Made by a program: the position numbers and the translations under genes. From Atopobium sp. (GTDB taxonomy: Bacteria; Actinomycetota; Coriobacteriia; Coriobacteriales; Atopobiaceae), in assembly GCF_034113385.1 (NCBI RefSeq), contig NZ_JAXEXL010000014.1, positions 42,247 to 106,246 on the forward strand: a stretch of DNA of 64,000 nt, written 5' to 3'. The notes under the pieces were generated by a model. That model did no database searches, was not told the DNA's origin, and worked only from the letters and a program-made list of their open reading frames with translations. This document shows positions 28,652 to 38,621 of this stretch, one piece after another; positions within the stretch are counted from its first letter, which is position 1, and the number at the start of each line of letters is the position of its first letter.

Positions 28652-29242
28652 ATGGCTCTTAACTACCAAACTGCACGCTACGAAGCCTCATTTGGCACAA
28701 CCCAGCAGCTCCCCAAATCCACAACTCCAGAGATTGCTTTTGCTGGACGCTCCAATGTAGGCAAGTCCTCGCTGCTTAATAAGTTATTTGGCCGTAAGGC
28801 ACTTGCTCGTGTCTCTTCTCAACCTGGTAAAACAGCAAATATAAACTTCTTTTTGGCAGATGGCATTCGCTTTGTAGACCTCCCTGGCTATGGATTTGCC
28901 AAGGTCAATAAGGGTGAGAGACAGCGATGGGCAGATCTTATTGATGGCTACTTTAGTGATGACCGCAGCTTTAATCTGGTAATTGCGCTGGTAGACATTC
29001 GCCATGATGCTCAAAAGCTGGATATACAGATGTTGCAATTTCTTACGTCAAACCAGATTCCCTTCATTGTTGCCCTTACCAAGGCAGATAAGCTCAGCAA
29101 GGCTAAGCAAAACTCCCAAGCCAATGCACTTGCCAAACAGTTTGGCATTGACCGTATGGCGTTAGTCATTACCTCTTCGGAAACTGGACAAGGCATAGAT
29201 GAGCTTAAGCGCTTTATTGCTCAGGCCGTAGAAATAGATTAG
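28652..29242 (+). CDS. engB: Ribosome biogenesis GTPase YsxC/EngB
   Basis: G1 is GRSNVGKSSLLN, G3 is DLPGYG and G4 is TKADK. Confidence 0.92.
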   Translation: MALNYQTARYEASFGTTQQLPKSTTPEIAFAGRSNVGKSSLLNKLFGRKALARVSSQPGKTANINFFLADGIRFVDLPGYGFAKVNKGERQRWADLIDGYFSDDRSFNLVIALVDIRHDAQKLDIQMLQFLTSNQIPFIVALTKADKLSKAKQNSQANALAKQFGIDRMALVITSSETGQGIDELKRFIAQAVEID

Positions 29243-29275
29243 TACCCGCTACCCCTACACAAAGAAAAAGGTTGT

Positions 29276-31444
29276 ATGTCTCAAGACCTATTTGATACAA
29301 ATACCCCTGATCAAACTACGCATCAGGACCCCATATTTGTTGCAGAGCAAGCCCATCTCACGCAGACCTATAACAAACTGATTGAGTTGCGCGATGCCCT
29401 CAATGCGGAGCTCGAAGCTGCTCATGAAGGTGCAGCTAAAGACCTCAAAGATCTCTCGGATGAGATTCGCGTGGACTTTGGCGGCGCAGATGAAACCATG
29501 GAAACCCTCGCAGCCATCGAGACACTCAACGCCGTTATTGATGCCTATAACCAATACCATGATTTCTCGGTAGATAAGTTGCGTCGCATTCTTCTTGCAC
29601 TACAGCGCCCCTATTTTGCTATGGTTCGCCTGCAGATGCGCCCCAACCGTCCTGCCCGTGACATCTACATTGGTGCCGCAGGAGTTACGGATGACGCACG
29701 GCGTCCTCTTATTGTGGACTGGCGCTCCCCTGTTGCAGAGACCTACTACAATCAGCAAATGGGCGAGACCTCTTATCTTGTGGATGGTAAAGAGCGCAAG
29801 GTTACTCTTGAGCTGCGCCGCCAATATGACATCTCTCGCAATGTGCTCCATAACTATTTTGATACTACGATTGCCATCCAAGATTCCATGCTGCTTAACA
29901 CGCTTAAGAAGCATCACTCCAAGAAACTCCAGGCAATCACGGCCACCATCCAACGAGAACAAAATCAGATTGTTCGGCATGAAGATGTGCCTGCGCTGCT
30001 CGTTGATGGAATTGCTGGCTCTGGCAAGACCTCTGTTTTGCTGCAGCGCATTGCATACCTGTTCTACCAAGAACGAGAAATTCTTCGCCCTGATCAGGTC
30101 TATCTCTTCACGCCTAACAGTGTCTTTGAATCCTATATTGACCAGGTGCTCCCCTCTCTTGGCGAGTCAAATCCGCAGGTTTTTACCTGGAAGAGTTTCA
30201 TGTCTGAGCTTGGTCTTTCCGAGCGCAATTCTGGCGCTACCGATTCTTTGGATAGCCTCAACGCTCTAGAAGCAGCACTGCCTCATCTTAAGCTCCAACG
30301 AGAAGACTTCAAAGAACTTCGCATGCACGACACAGCGTTGCTTAAGCCCCAACAAATTGCCTCAGCACTTGCAAAGTTTTCTCAATTTCCCCCTGGCCCT
30401 AAGCTTATTGCCCTTACTAAGGATGAGTTGCATGAGCGCCTTAACCGTCGCATGGGCCAGTTAGCAAAACATGAGGACCTTCAGGAAGAAATGCTCTCCC
30501 TTACCCTTGAAGAGCAAGTGGAGCTTTTTGGAGAATCTCTTAACCCCGTCAATGATGAGGAAACCCTAGCGTATGCCAAACGCTACGTTGACCTGCTCTT
30601 CTCGGCAGCTCACGAAGAGATAGAGAAGGCTACCTGGTTGCGTTTTGACCGCATTGGCATGCGTATGCTCAAAACAGACCACCTTACTGCGGCGGAATGG
30701 CTCTACCTCAAGATGCTTATTACTGGAACATATGCCCGTGATGCTCGCTTTGTTCTTATTGATGAAGTACAAGATTACACTGCCACACAGCTCACGGTGC
30801 TTTCACACTACTTTAAGCGTGCACATTTTATGCTCTTAGGCGATAAGCACCAAGCAATCTTTGAGGGAACAGCTAGCTTTGACGAGGTACAAGACATATT
30901 TGTGCAAAGCCATGGCTCCATTGAGGTCATTCAGCTCACCACAAGCTATCGTTCTTCTCCAGAAATTACGCAGCTTTTTGCCAGTTTACTTGACCCAAGC
31001 GAGCGACGCACCTTGAGTTCCATACACCGCCCTGGTGTTACACCTCAAATCATGGCTTTTGAGGATACCGATGCCTACCTTGCCCAGCTGCATCAAACCG
31101 TAACCCAAGCTCATGAGCACGAAGGCTTAACAGCAATCATTTGTGCTCATAAAGATCGAGCTTCTTGGCTTGCTAAACAATTACCTGATAACGTTGTGTG
31201 CGTACATGACGGTAAGCCGCTTCCTCATAAGGGCGTTATTCTTATTGACTTAACTCTAGCAAAGGGCCTGGAGTTTGATGAGGTCATTATCCCCGATGCT
31301 CAAGAAGCGGAGTATGACAACTCGGAACTATCGCGTCGTCGTTTATACACCGCTATTAGCCGCGCCATGCACCAAGTAACAATTTTATCCCAAGGCACAC
31401 TCAGTCCCGCACTCAGCCCCGCGCTCAAGGAAGTGCTTACGTAA
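29276..31444 (+). CDS. helD: HelD-like UvrD/Rep superfamily-1 helicase
   Basis: Walker A is VDGIAGSGKTSV, motif II is VLIDEVQDYT, and the C-terminal segment is GLEFDEVIIPD...RRRLYTAISRAMH. The long N-terminal coiled-coil is typical of HelD. Confidence 0.8.
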   Translation: MSQDLFDTNTPDQTTHQDPIFVAEQAHLTQTYNKLIELRDALNAELEAAHEGAAKDLKDLSDEIRVDFGGADETMETLAAIETLNAVIDAYNQYHDFSVDKLRRILLALQRPYFAMVRLQMRPNRPARDIYIGAAGVTDDARRPLIVDWRSPVAETYYNQQMGETSYLVDGKERKVTLELRRQYDISRNVLHNYFDTTIAIQDSMLLNTLKKHHSKKLQAITATIQREQNQIVRHEDVPALLVDGIAGSGKTSVLLQRIAYLFYQEREILRPDQVYLFTPNSVFESYIDQVLPSLGESNPQVFTWKSFMSELGLSERNSGATDSLDSLNALEAALPHLKLQREDFKELRMHDTALLKPQQIASALAKFSQFPPGPKLIALTKDELHERLNRRMGQLAKHEDLQEEMLSLTLEEQVELFGESLNPVNDEETLAYAKRYVDLLFSAAHEEIEKATWLRFDRIGMRMLKTDHLTAAEWLYLKMLITGTYARDARFVLIDEVQDYTATQLTVLSHYFKRAHFMLLGDKHQAIFEGTASFDEVQDIFVQSHGSIEVIQLTTSYRSSPEITQLFASLLDPSERRTLSSIHRPGVTPQIMAFEDTDAYLAQLHQTVTQAHEHEGLTAIICAHKDRASWLAKQLPDNVVCVHDGKPLPHKGVILIDLTLAKGLEFDEVIIPDAQEAEYDNSELSRRRLYTAISRAMHQVTILSQGTLSPALSPALKEVLT

Positions 31445-32885
31445 ACAGTTTGTGCGCAGTTGCATCCAACAACTGCGCCTCTTTGGTGTCATGAGAAGCC
31501 ACCAGTAAAGCACGGCCGTTTAGGTGCTCTAGGACAAATTGTGCTGCACGTTTGTGAGTTTTTGCATCCAATGACGAGAACGGCTCATCTAGCAGCACCA
31601 CCTGTGAATCATGCAAGAGGGCACGCGCCAACTCCACACGGCGACGCTGACCACCTGACAACTGGCAAACAGGCACATCCACTATAGCTTCAGGTTCATC
31701 TTGTATCAGTAGTTCACGCAACGCTGCACGAATCTCTGATTCTGATCTGTAAGCACCACATACCAGCTGAATGTTCTGCACAGCAGACAGTGCTTCCACC
31801 AACACGGTTTGTTGGCCCATGAGCGAAAACGTTGTTTGAGGAGCAATGGAGCGCTGACCTTTTATGAGTGGGATAAGACCCGCAATTGTATTGATAAGCG
31901 TAGTCTTGCCTGCGCCTGAGCCATCACAAATAACTACACGCTCCCCTCTGTTTAAAACAAAATTGAAAGCGGTAGCTGTGTACTGTAAGTCATGCCCCAA
32001 CGTTGCATCACAAAAACGTACAAGCTCTCTTATATTAGTAGATACAGATGGTTGAACACTCGTATGCGCGCCCACGCTCGATATAACAGAGCGCGGGAAG
32101 GAACGTTTTAGTGCCCACAAACCAGACTGTGTAAGCAGCCATACAAAGCACTTCTCGCTCAACCAAGACAGCGCTACCACGGCAATAGTCCACGCACATA
32201 CATCGCTTACCTCAAACAGTAATTTTGCTTGGTAGATAAAAGAACCCATAGAACCTGCGGGCGTTCCAATAAGCTCTGCTGCAACACCGGCTTTCCAAGC
32301 CATGCCGCACGCATGTTTACTTGCAGCAAGCATATACGGCAATACTTGCTGATACCCATCGGCCAAAAACTGACGAGTGGGAGTAACCCCAAACACGGTA
32401 AGCAGACGACGTAAGCTATCTGAAGAGCTTTCTACACCCTGTAGCACTGCAAGATAAATAGCCGGAAACACAACAAGGAATACGGCAAGGACAGAAACAC
32501 TCTTTGACCCTACCCACATAAGCAGCAGCACAATAATGCACACAATGGGCGTGCTTTTAAGTGCAGAAACAGCAGGCTCAAGTATGGTTTTACATACACC
32601 TGAGCTCGCAGCTGCAATGCCCACTACAAATGCAGCAACAAATCCCGCACTAAAACCAAATGCAATACGCGCAAACGAGAAACCCACTGCCTGTATAAAT
32701 ACGGCAGAGCAAACAATCTGGCTCAAGCGCTCAAGCGCAACAAAGGGACTTACCAAAATAAGTTCATTATTAATTACCCGGGCAATGAGTAACCAGACTA
32801 CAAGCCACACACTAACAGCACCAATGCGTACTGCCACCTTGCCTAAGGCACGATGAGATGCAATGAATTGTTTAAAACTCCTCAT
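31437..32885 (-). CDS. Fused ABC transporter permease-ATPase (NitT/TauT/Ssu-type)
   Basis: The N-terminal half has 6 TM segments and is BPD_transp_1-like. The C-terminal half has Walker A (DGSGAGKTTL), the signature LSGGQRRRVE and Walker B (VVLLDEP). The 3' end overlaps the helD-like stop by 8 nt in convergent orientation. Confidence 0.8.
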   Translation of the reverse strand: MRSFKQFIASHRALGKVAVRIGAVSVWLVVWLLIARVINNELILVSPFVALERLSQIVCSAVFIQAVGFSFARIAFGFSAGFVAAFVVGIAAASSGVCKTILEPAVSALKSTPIVCIIVLLLMWVGSKSVSVLAVFLVVFPAIYLAVLQGVESSSDSLRRLLTVFGVTPTRQFLADGYQQVLPYMLAASKHACGMAWKAGVAAELIGTPAGSMGSFIYQAKLLFEVSDVCAWTIAVVALSWLSEKCFVWLLTQSGLWALKRSFPRSVISSVGAHTSVQPSVSTNIRELVRFCDATLGHDLQYTATAFNFVLNRGERVVICDGSGAGKTTLINTIAGLIPLIKGQRSIAPQTTFSLMGQQTVLVEALSAVQNIQLVCGAYRSESEIRAALRELLIQDEPEAIVDVPVCQLSGGQRRRVELARALLHDSQVVLLDEPFSSLDAKTHKRAAQFVLEHLNGRALLVASHDTKEAQLLDATAHKLFT

Positions 32886-32896
32886 GACGTTGCTAG

Positions 32897-33952
32897 CTAA
32901 ACACGGTAGTAAAAATCATCATCGGGAAGTTTGCCACCCACAGAAGCTGGGTCAAACTCGTTAAGCACACTCAAATAGCCAGAAAGTGCCTTCTTCATGG
33001 CATCACCTGTCAGACTTACAATATTACACTGAGGAATTGCAGCCTCAGCGATTTTCTCGTTAGGGACAATATCTGCCTCAACAACAAGCTGAGCAGCAGA
33101 AGTAGGATTCTCATTAACAGCACGAACCGAGCGCTCATGACGGCTTAGAAAATCTACGATAGCATCGGGATATTGCCGAGCAAACTCTTTGCGAACAACG
33201 GTCACACCAGTAACAAATTGGCTACCAGAGCCCTTTGCATACTCATTCCAAACATCAACCAGCGCAACGGGAGCTTTAAGGTTGGTATTCTTGGCCATAG
33301 CAGCAGTGGTAAAAGGTTGAGGAAGAATTGCCACAGCCTGGGGATTAGATGAAAGAAGCGCCACACATTCGGCGTGCTCACTCTTAAACTCCAAAGTAAC
33401 CTTATCTGTAAGTCCAGCTTGCTTTAGCAAGTAACGGAAGGTGTACTCAGGACTTGCGCCTTGGCCAGCCATGTATACGGTACGTCCTTTGAGGTCTGCA
33501 AACTGCGCAACAGATGTATCTGCTGTAACAATGGACAGCACGCCCAGCGTGTTGATGTCTATGACCTGTACAGCAGCCTTTGTTTTGTTATAAAGCACTG
33601 CTGCAGCATTAGAAGGTACCAGTGCAATGTCTGTATCCCCTTTAATAACAAGGGGAAGCACCTGATCAGGCGCACCAGAAATGGTATACGAATAGGTAAT
33701 GCCATCAGCTTTTTGTGGTGTAGTGGCAGCATCTGCAGTAGGAATACCAGAGGTATCCTTCATCATGGGCAGAAGCCCAATAGCAGTGGGGCCTTTAAGG
33801 GCAGCAACGCGCACTGTTACCGCACTTGAAGTTTGTTGCGTGGTAGGAGTAGGCTCATCTTTTTTTGGTGCAAAAGAGCATGCAGCCAGTGTAAGAAGGG
33901 AACCTGCTCCCAAAAGACCCAATGCTTCACGGCGAGTAACCAGCTTTTTCAT
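32897..33952 (-). CDS. NMT1/THI5-like (Ssu/Tau-type) ABC substrate-binding lipoprotein
   Basis: The signal plus lipobox is GAGSLLTLAACS. The gene lies immediately upstream of the fused permease-ATPase. Confidence 0.75.
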   Translation of the reverse strand: MKKLVTRREALGLLGAGSLLTLAACSFAPKKDEPTPTTQQTSSAVTVRVAALKGPTAIGLLPMMKDTSGIPTADAATTPQKADGITYSYTISGAPDQVLPLVIKGDTDIALVPSNAAAVLYNKTKAAVQVIDINTLGVLSIVTADTSVAQFADLKGRTVYMAGQGASPEYTFRYLLKQAGLTDKVTLEFKSEHAECVALLSSNPQAVAILPQPFTTAAMAKNTNLKAPVALVDVWNEYAKGSGSQFVTGVTVVRKEFARQYPDAIVDFLSRHERSVRAVNENPTSAAQLVVEADIVPNEKIAEAAIPQCNIVSLTGDAMKKALSGYLSVLNEFDPASVGGKLPDDDFYYRV

Positions 33953-34055
33953 ACCATTCCCCTTTAATAAGAATATATGAGCGATGTGTTTACCTCTCTC
34001 ATTCTATTAGCTGCATGCCAAACACAACAACAAATCCGGTAAAAGGCACTAGATA

Positions 34056-34090
34056 AGCCATAACCACCCACACTGTGGATGGTTATGGCT
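34056..34090. terminator. Long near-perfect hairpin (17-bp arms with one wobble) downstream of the 146-aa orphan gene
   Basis: AGCCATAACCACCCACA C TGTGGATGGTTATGGCT. On the minus strand it is followed by TATCTAGTGCCTTTT. Confidence 0.5.
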
Positions 34091-34143
34091 TGAACTGTTA
34101 AGGGGATACGCTACTGTAACAGGGTCTTTTTTGCTCGCATACC

Positions 34144-34584
34144 TTATGACGTTGTTGTTGCATCTACTACAAACCCTGGAAGATTAGTTATTTTATCGAA
34201 CAGTATTGTGCCGGACTTATTTGTGAGATATAAACGTCCGTCATCTTCTTTAGATGAGACATATGCTAAACGCACAACACCATACTCATTTCCATCCTTA
34301 TCGATGAGAGAAAACATATTCGGATCGTCTGTTGTTTTGAACGTCCCATTAATAATGGTTCCTTCAGTTTCAACTACCTGCCAACGGTTGTTGTTTTCTG
34401 CATGAAAGGAAAGACTACTCAGGCTGCTCTTATGATCTCTATATACACCAGTGAGATTAAACCCTTTGACAGATCCCTCTTTTAAGAAGTTTACTTCTCG
34501 TGAGGCTCCCCATAAAAAGATAGTTCCCACTAAAACAAGTACACCGAGCACAGCAACAGATATCTTCAAGATTCGTGTCTTCAT
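34144..34584 (-). CDS. Membrane-anchored or secreted hypothetical protein, low G+C
   Basis: 146 aa with an N-terminal signal/anchor, MKTRILKISVAVLGVLVLVGTIFLWG. A sampled 60-nt line gives about 35% G+C against about 50% in the neighbours. Confidence 0.6.
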   Translation of the reverse strand: MKTRILKISVAVLGVLVLVGTIFLWGASREVNFLKEGSVKGFNLTGVYRDHKSSLSSLSFHAENNNRWQVVETEGTIINGTFKTTDDPNMFSLIDKDGNEYGVVRLAYVSSKEDDGRLYLTNKSGTILFDKITNLPGFVVDATTTS

Positions 34585-34702
34585 GTTACCGACCCTTCAT
34601 TTGTTAAGAGTCACACTCTATCTGTAAAACTGAACTTATGATAGAACTTAGCAAAAATGTATCACTATTTTATTTAAAAATCTAGTAGCGTGTTTATTCA
34701 TT

Positions 34703-34736
34703 AAAAAGAGCCAAAAGACCAGGTCTTTTGGCTCTT
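34703..34736 (-). terminator. Intrinsic terminator of nifJ/PFOR
   Basis: The minus strand reads AAGAGCCAAAAGACC T GGTCTTTTGGCTCTTTTTAA. It has 13-15-bp arms plus a T-run, 30 nt after the stop at 34766. Confidence 0.8.
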
Positions 34737-34765
34737 AGCAAGCACTTTTCTGTGTAAGTTACACC

Positions 34766-37700
34766 TTACAGCTCAGCGTACAAGTCCTTAAGTTTGAGCA
34801 GGTGCTCGTAGCGCTCCATAGCTGCCTGCTCATTGCGAGCAAAGAGCTCTTCTGCGCGCTCGGGGAACTCAGTGGTAAGACGAGCATAACGTGCCTCATT
34901 CATAAGGAAGTCGCGATAGCCATCCTTAGGTGCCTTGGAGTCCAAACTAAACTTCTTGCCCTTCTCGGCCTCAGGGTTAAAGCGGAAAAGATTCCAATAG
35001 CCGCATTCAACAGCCTTCTTCATCTCTTCCTGTGCGTGCTGCATACCACCCTTCTTGATGGAGTGCATCTCACAGGGGCTGTAGCCAATAATCAGAGAAG
35101 GTCCATCATAGGCCTCTGCCTCGGCAATTGCCTTGAGGGTCTGAGACTGGTTGGCACCCATTGCTACCTGAGCTACGTATACATAGCCATAACTCATGGC
35201 AATCTCTGCCAAAGACTTCTTCTTTACATCCTTACCAGCAGCTGCAAACTGTGCAACTTGACCAAAGTTAGATGCCTTAGAGGCCTGGCCACCGGTATTG
35301 GAGTACACCTCGGTATCAAAGACAAACACGTTGATGTTACGGCCAGATGCCAATACGTGGTCTAAGCCACCAAAGCCAATATCATAAGCCCAACCGTCGC
35401 CGCCAAAGATCCAGAAGGATTTCTTAGAAAGGAAGGATTTATCTGCCAAGATTGCCTGAGCAGCATCGGAGCCATCAGCCTCAAGAGCAGCAATATACGC
35501 TGCAGATACATCCTGTGAACGACCATTATCGTTACGGTTCTCCAACCAGGCAGTAGCAGCTTCTACAAACTCGTCAGACACGTTACCAGACTCAAGCAAC
35601 GCCTGAGTTGCAGCAACCAAACGGTTTTGCTGAGACTCGTAACCTACCTCAAAGCCCATGCCATGCTCTGCGTTGTCCTCAAACAAAGAGTTGTTCCATG
35701 CAGGACCGTGACCGCATGCCGTAACAGTAAAGGGTGAGGTAGCTGCAGGATTGCCCCAAATAGAAGAGCAGCCGGTAGCATTGGAAATATACATACGGTC
35801 ACCAAACAGCTGCGTTACCAAACGAGCATAGCTGGTCTCTGCACAACCTGCGCAAGAGCCAGAGAACTCAAGCAAAGGCTTGTGGAACTGAGAAGACTTG
35901 ACGTTCTTGGAAGAGAACAGCTCGTCCTTTTGCGTTACCTTGCTATAGACGTAATCCCAAACGGGCTGTTGATCGAGCTCGTCCTCCTGAGGAACCATGG
36001 TTAAGGCACTTGCAGGGCAGATGTTTGCGCAGTTGTGGCAGCCCATACAATCCAGAGGGCTCACGGTAATACCAAACTTGTAGCCCGTATCCTTAGGCAT
36101 CTTGAGGTCGAGCATGCGGGTAGCCTCAGGAGCGGCAGCTGCCTCTTCTGCAGTCATAGCAAAGGGACGAATGGTTGCATGGGGGCATACATAGGCACAC
36201 TGATTACATTGGATGCACTTACTCTCGTCCCAATGAGGAACAGATACGGCAATGCCGCGCTTCTCGTACTGGGAAGCACCAAGCTCCCACTGGCCATCTG
36301 CATTATGAGCAAAGGCGGATACAGGCAAGGAGTCGCCATCCATAAGATTGATGGGGGTCAACAGTTCCTTTACCTGCTTAACAATGGCCTCGCGGCCCTC
36401 AAGGGTGAGGTAGCTTGGCTCATCCGTTGCATCTGCCCAATCTGCAGGAACCTCAAACTTACGGAATGCAGTGGCGCCAGCATCAATAGCTTTCCAGTTA
36501 GCCTCTACAATAGCTTGGCCTTTCTTGGCATAGCTCTTCTCGGCAGCATCCTTCATGTACTGCAAAGCCTCAGATGCAGGCAAAACGTTTGCCAGAGCAA
36601 AGAAAGCAGACTGCAATACCGTATTGGTGCGCTTACCCATACCTACCTTCTCGGCAAGGTCAATTGCATCAATGAGGTAGATGGAAATGTTGTTCTTGGC
36701 AACATAGCGCTTAGCGTTTGCAGGGAAATGCTTGTTAAACTCCTCATCGCTCCACTGGCAATTAAGGAGGAAAGCACCACCAGGCTTGACGTCACGAACC
36801 ATCTTGAAGCCCTTTATGACGTAGCTGGGGTTATGGCAAGCAACAAAGTCTGCCTTAGTTACATAATAAGGAGAACGAATAGGAGCGTCACCAAAACGCA
36901 GGTGAGAAATGGTTACGCCACCCGTCTTCTTGGAGTCATACTGGAAGTAGGCCTGAACGTATTTGTCCGTGTGGTCACCAATAATCTTAATGGAGTTCTT
37001 GTTTGCACCAACCGTGCCGTCACCACCAAGACCCCAGAACTTGCACTCAATAGTGCCCTGAGCTGCCGTGTTGGGTGCATCAGGATCCATGGGCAAGGAC
37101 AGATTAGTAACGTCATCCACAATGCCGAGCGTAAACTCGCGCATAGGTGCATCCTTCTTGAGCTCCTCGTATACAGAGAAGGCCGCTGCAGGTGGCTCAT
37201 CCTTAGAGCCCAGACCATAACGGCCGCCCACAACGGTAAGCTCAGACTTGCCGGCCTCATACAGAGCAGACACAACATCCTGATACAGAGGTTCACCAAT
37301 AGAGCCAGGCTCCTTGGTACGGTCCAAAACTGCAATCTTCTTAACAGTGGCAGGGAGCGCTGCAATAAAGTCCTTTACTGACCACGGACGATAGAGACGT
37401 ACCTTTACTAGACCGACCTTCTCGCCAGAAGCGTTGAGGTAGTCAATAACCTCTTCCAACGTGTCGCAGAAAGAACCCATGCAAACTACTACACGATCTG
37501 CATCTGCAGCGCCGTAGTAATCAAACAGGTGGTAGTTAGTGCCAAGCTTTTGGTTAACCTTGTCCATATAACCCTGAACAATAGCGGGAAGCTCGTTATA
37601 GGTGGTGTTGCAGGCCTCACGGTGCTGGAAGAAGATGTCACCGTTTTCATGGGAGCCGCGAGCCGCAGGATGCTCTGGATTAAGAGCATGGTCACGGAAG

Positions 37701-38305
37701 GCCTGAACTGCATCGCGGTCAAGCATGGTTGCTAAATCATCAAAGTCCCAGGTAGCAACCTTCTGAATCTCATGAGATGTACGGAAACCGTCAAAGAAGT
37801 TTACAAAAGGCACCTTGCCAGAAATAGCGGACAGGTGTGCAACAGGAGAAAGATCCATTACTTCCTGCACATTACCCTCTGCAAGCATGGCAAAACCAGT
37901 TTGACGAGCAGCCATAACATCGGAATGATCGCCAAAAATGTTAAGTGCATGCGTAGCTACGGTACGAGCACTTACATGAAATACAGCAGGAAGACCCTCT
38001 GCAGCAATCTTATACATATTAGGAATCATAAGGAGCAAGCCCTGAGAGGCGGTATAGGTGGTGGTAAGAGCACCTGCGCCCAAAGAGCCGTGAACGGTAC
38101 CAGACGCGCCGCCCTCAGACTCCATTTCTACAACCTTAACAGGCGTACCAAAGACATTCTTAAGCCCGCGAGCTGCCCATTGATCTACATGATCTGCCAT
38201 AGGACTTGAGGGCGTAATAGGATAAATACCTGCAACTTCCGTAAAGGCGTACGACACCCATGCAGCGGCCTCATTGCCGTCCATGGATTTAAATTTTCTC
38301 GCCAT
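34766..38305 (-). CDS. nifJ: Pyruvate:ferredoxin (flavodoxin) oxidoreductase
   Basis: About 1180 aa. The protein starts MARKFKSMDGNEAAAWVSYAF. Two ferredoxin CxxCxxCxxxCP motifs are present (CIQCNQCAYVCPHA, CMGCHNCANICPA) along with the TPP motif GGDGWAYDIG. The ATG at 38305, preceded by GGAGAGGAA, is preferred. Confidence 0.95.
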   Translation of the reverse strand: MARKFKSMDGNEAAAWVSYAFTEVAGIYPITPSSPMADHVDQWAARGLKNVFGTPVKVVEMESEGGASGTVHGSLGAGALTTTYTASQGLLLMIPNMYKIAAEGLPAVFHVSARTVATHALNIFGDHSDVMAARQTGFAMLAEGNVQEVMDLSPVAHLSAISGKVPFVNFFDGFRTSHEIQKVATWDFDDLATMLDRDAVQAFRDHALNPEHPAARGSHENGDIFFQHREACNTTYNELPAIVQGYMDKVNQKLGTNYHLFDYYGAADADRVVVCMGSFCDTLEEVIDYLNASGEKVGLVKVRLYRPWSVKDFIAALPATVKKIAVLDRTKEPGSIGEPLYQDVVSALYEAGKSELTVVGGRYGLGSKDEPPAAAFSVYEELKKDAPMREFTLGIVDDVTNLSLPMDPDAPNTAAQGTIECKFWGLGGDGTVGANKNSIKIIGDHTDKYVQAYFQYDSKKTGGVTISHLRFGDAPIRSPYYVTKADFVACHNPSYVIKGFKMVRDVKPGGAFLLNCQWSDEEFNKHFPANAKRYVAKNNISIYLIDAIDLAEKVGMGKRTNTVLQSAFFALANVLPASEALQYMKDAAEKSYAKKGQAIVEANWKAIDAGATAFRKFEVPADWADATDEPSYLTLEGREAIVKQVKELLTPINLMDGDSLPVSAFAHNADGQWELGASQYEKRGIAVSVPHWDESKCIQCNQCAYVCPHATIRPFAMTAEEAAAAPEATRMLDLKMPKDTGYKFGITVSPLDCMGCHNCANICPASALTMVPQEDELDQQPVWDYVYSKVTQKDELFSSKNVKSSQFHKPLLEFSGSCAGCAETSYARLVTQLFGDRMYISNATGCSSIWGNPAATSPFTVTACGHGPAWNNSLFEDNAEHGMGFEVGYESQQNRLVAATQALLESGNVSDEFVEAATAWLENRNDNGRSQDVSAAYIAALEADGSDAAQAILADKSFLSKKSFWIFGGDGWAYDIGFGGLDHVLASGRNINVFVFDTEVYSNTGGQASKASNFGQVAQFAAAGKDVKKKSLAEIAMSYGYVYVAQVAMGANQSQTLKAIAEAEAYDGPSLIIGYSPCEMHSIKKGGMQHAQEEMKKAVECGYWNLFRFNPEAEKGKKFSLDSKAPKDGYRDFLMNEARYARLTTEFPERAEELFARNEQAAMERYEHLLKLKDLYAEL

Positions 38306-38621
38306 TTCCTCTCCTTCGAACACAGCGAACCGCTCTCGTACAAGCGGCATGAATAAAGCACCATACAATGAACGATGGCCGACCTTTCCTCCTAGGAGGG
38401 CACAGTCATGTTCTTCCCATAATACTCCATGCGCGCGAGTTCCAAAAAAGAAACTTCTGCATAGACTGACTTATTTTTTCGATAATTTCCCAAAGTTAAG
38501 TGGGATTTACTTAATACTTTGGATAACGCTGTCCCTATACCCATACGTACACCGACTCATTCACAAGCTTATTCACAAGTTCGGATAAAGTATGCATAGG
38601 AGATATCGAGAAGGGCATGCT

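Noticed and set aside
29595-30269. 224-aa plus-strand ORF, plus the 156-aa minus ORF at 29600-30070
   Set aside because: Both are alternative-frame or antisense to the helD-like gene, which carries the helicase motifs in its own frame.
31437-31444. 8-nt overlap of the convergent helD-like and ABC permease-ATPase genes as a regulatory feature
   Set aside because: A short convergent stop-codon overlap is common in compact genomes, and no associated structure was seen.
33953-34143. TPP (THI-box) riboswitch upstream of the NMT1/THI5-like binding-protein gene
   Set aside because: Only a short TGAGAG is present. The ACCTGATCTGGATAATGCCAGCG-type pyrimidine-sensor helix is absent. The main structure is a terminator-like hairpin belonging to the upstream gene.
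36035-37381. 448-aa plus-strand ORF
   Set aside because: It is antisense to the PFOR gene, matches no recognisable family and has shadow-ORF composition.
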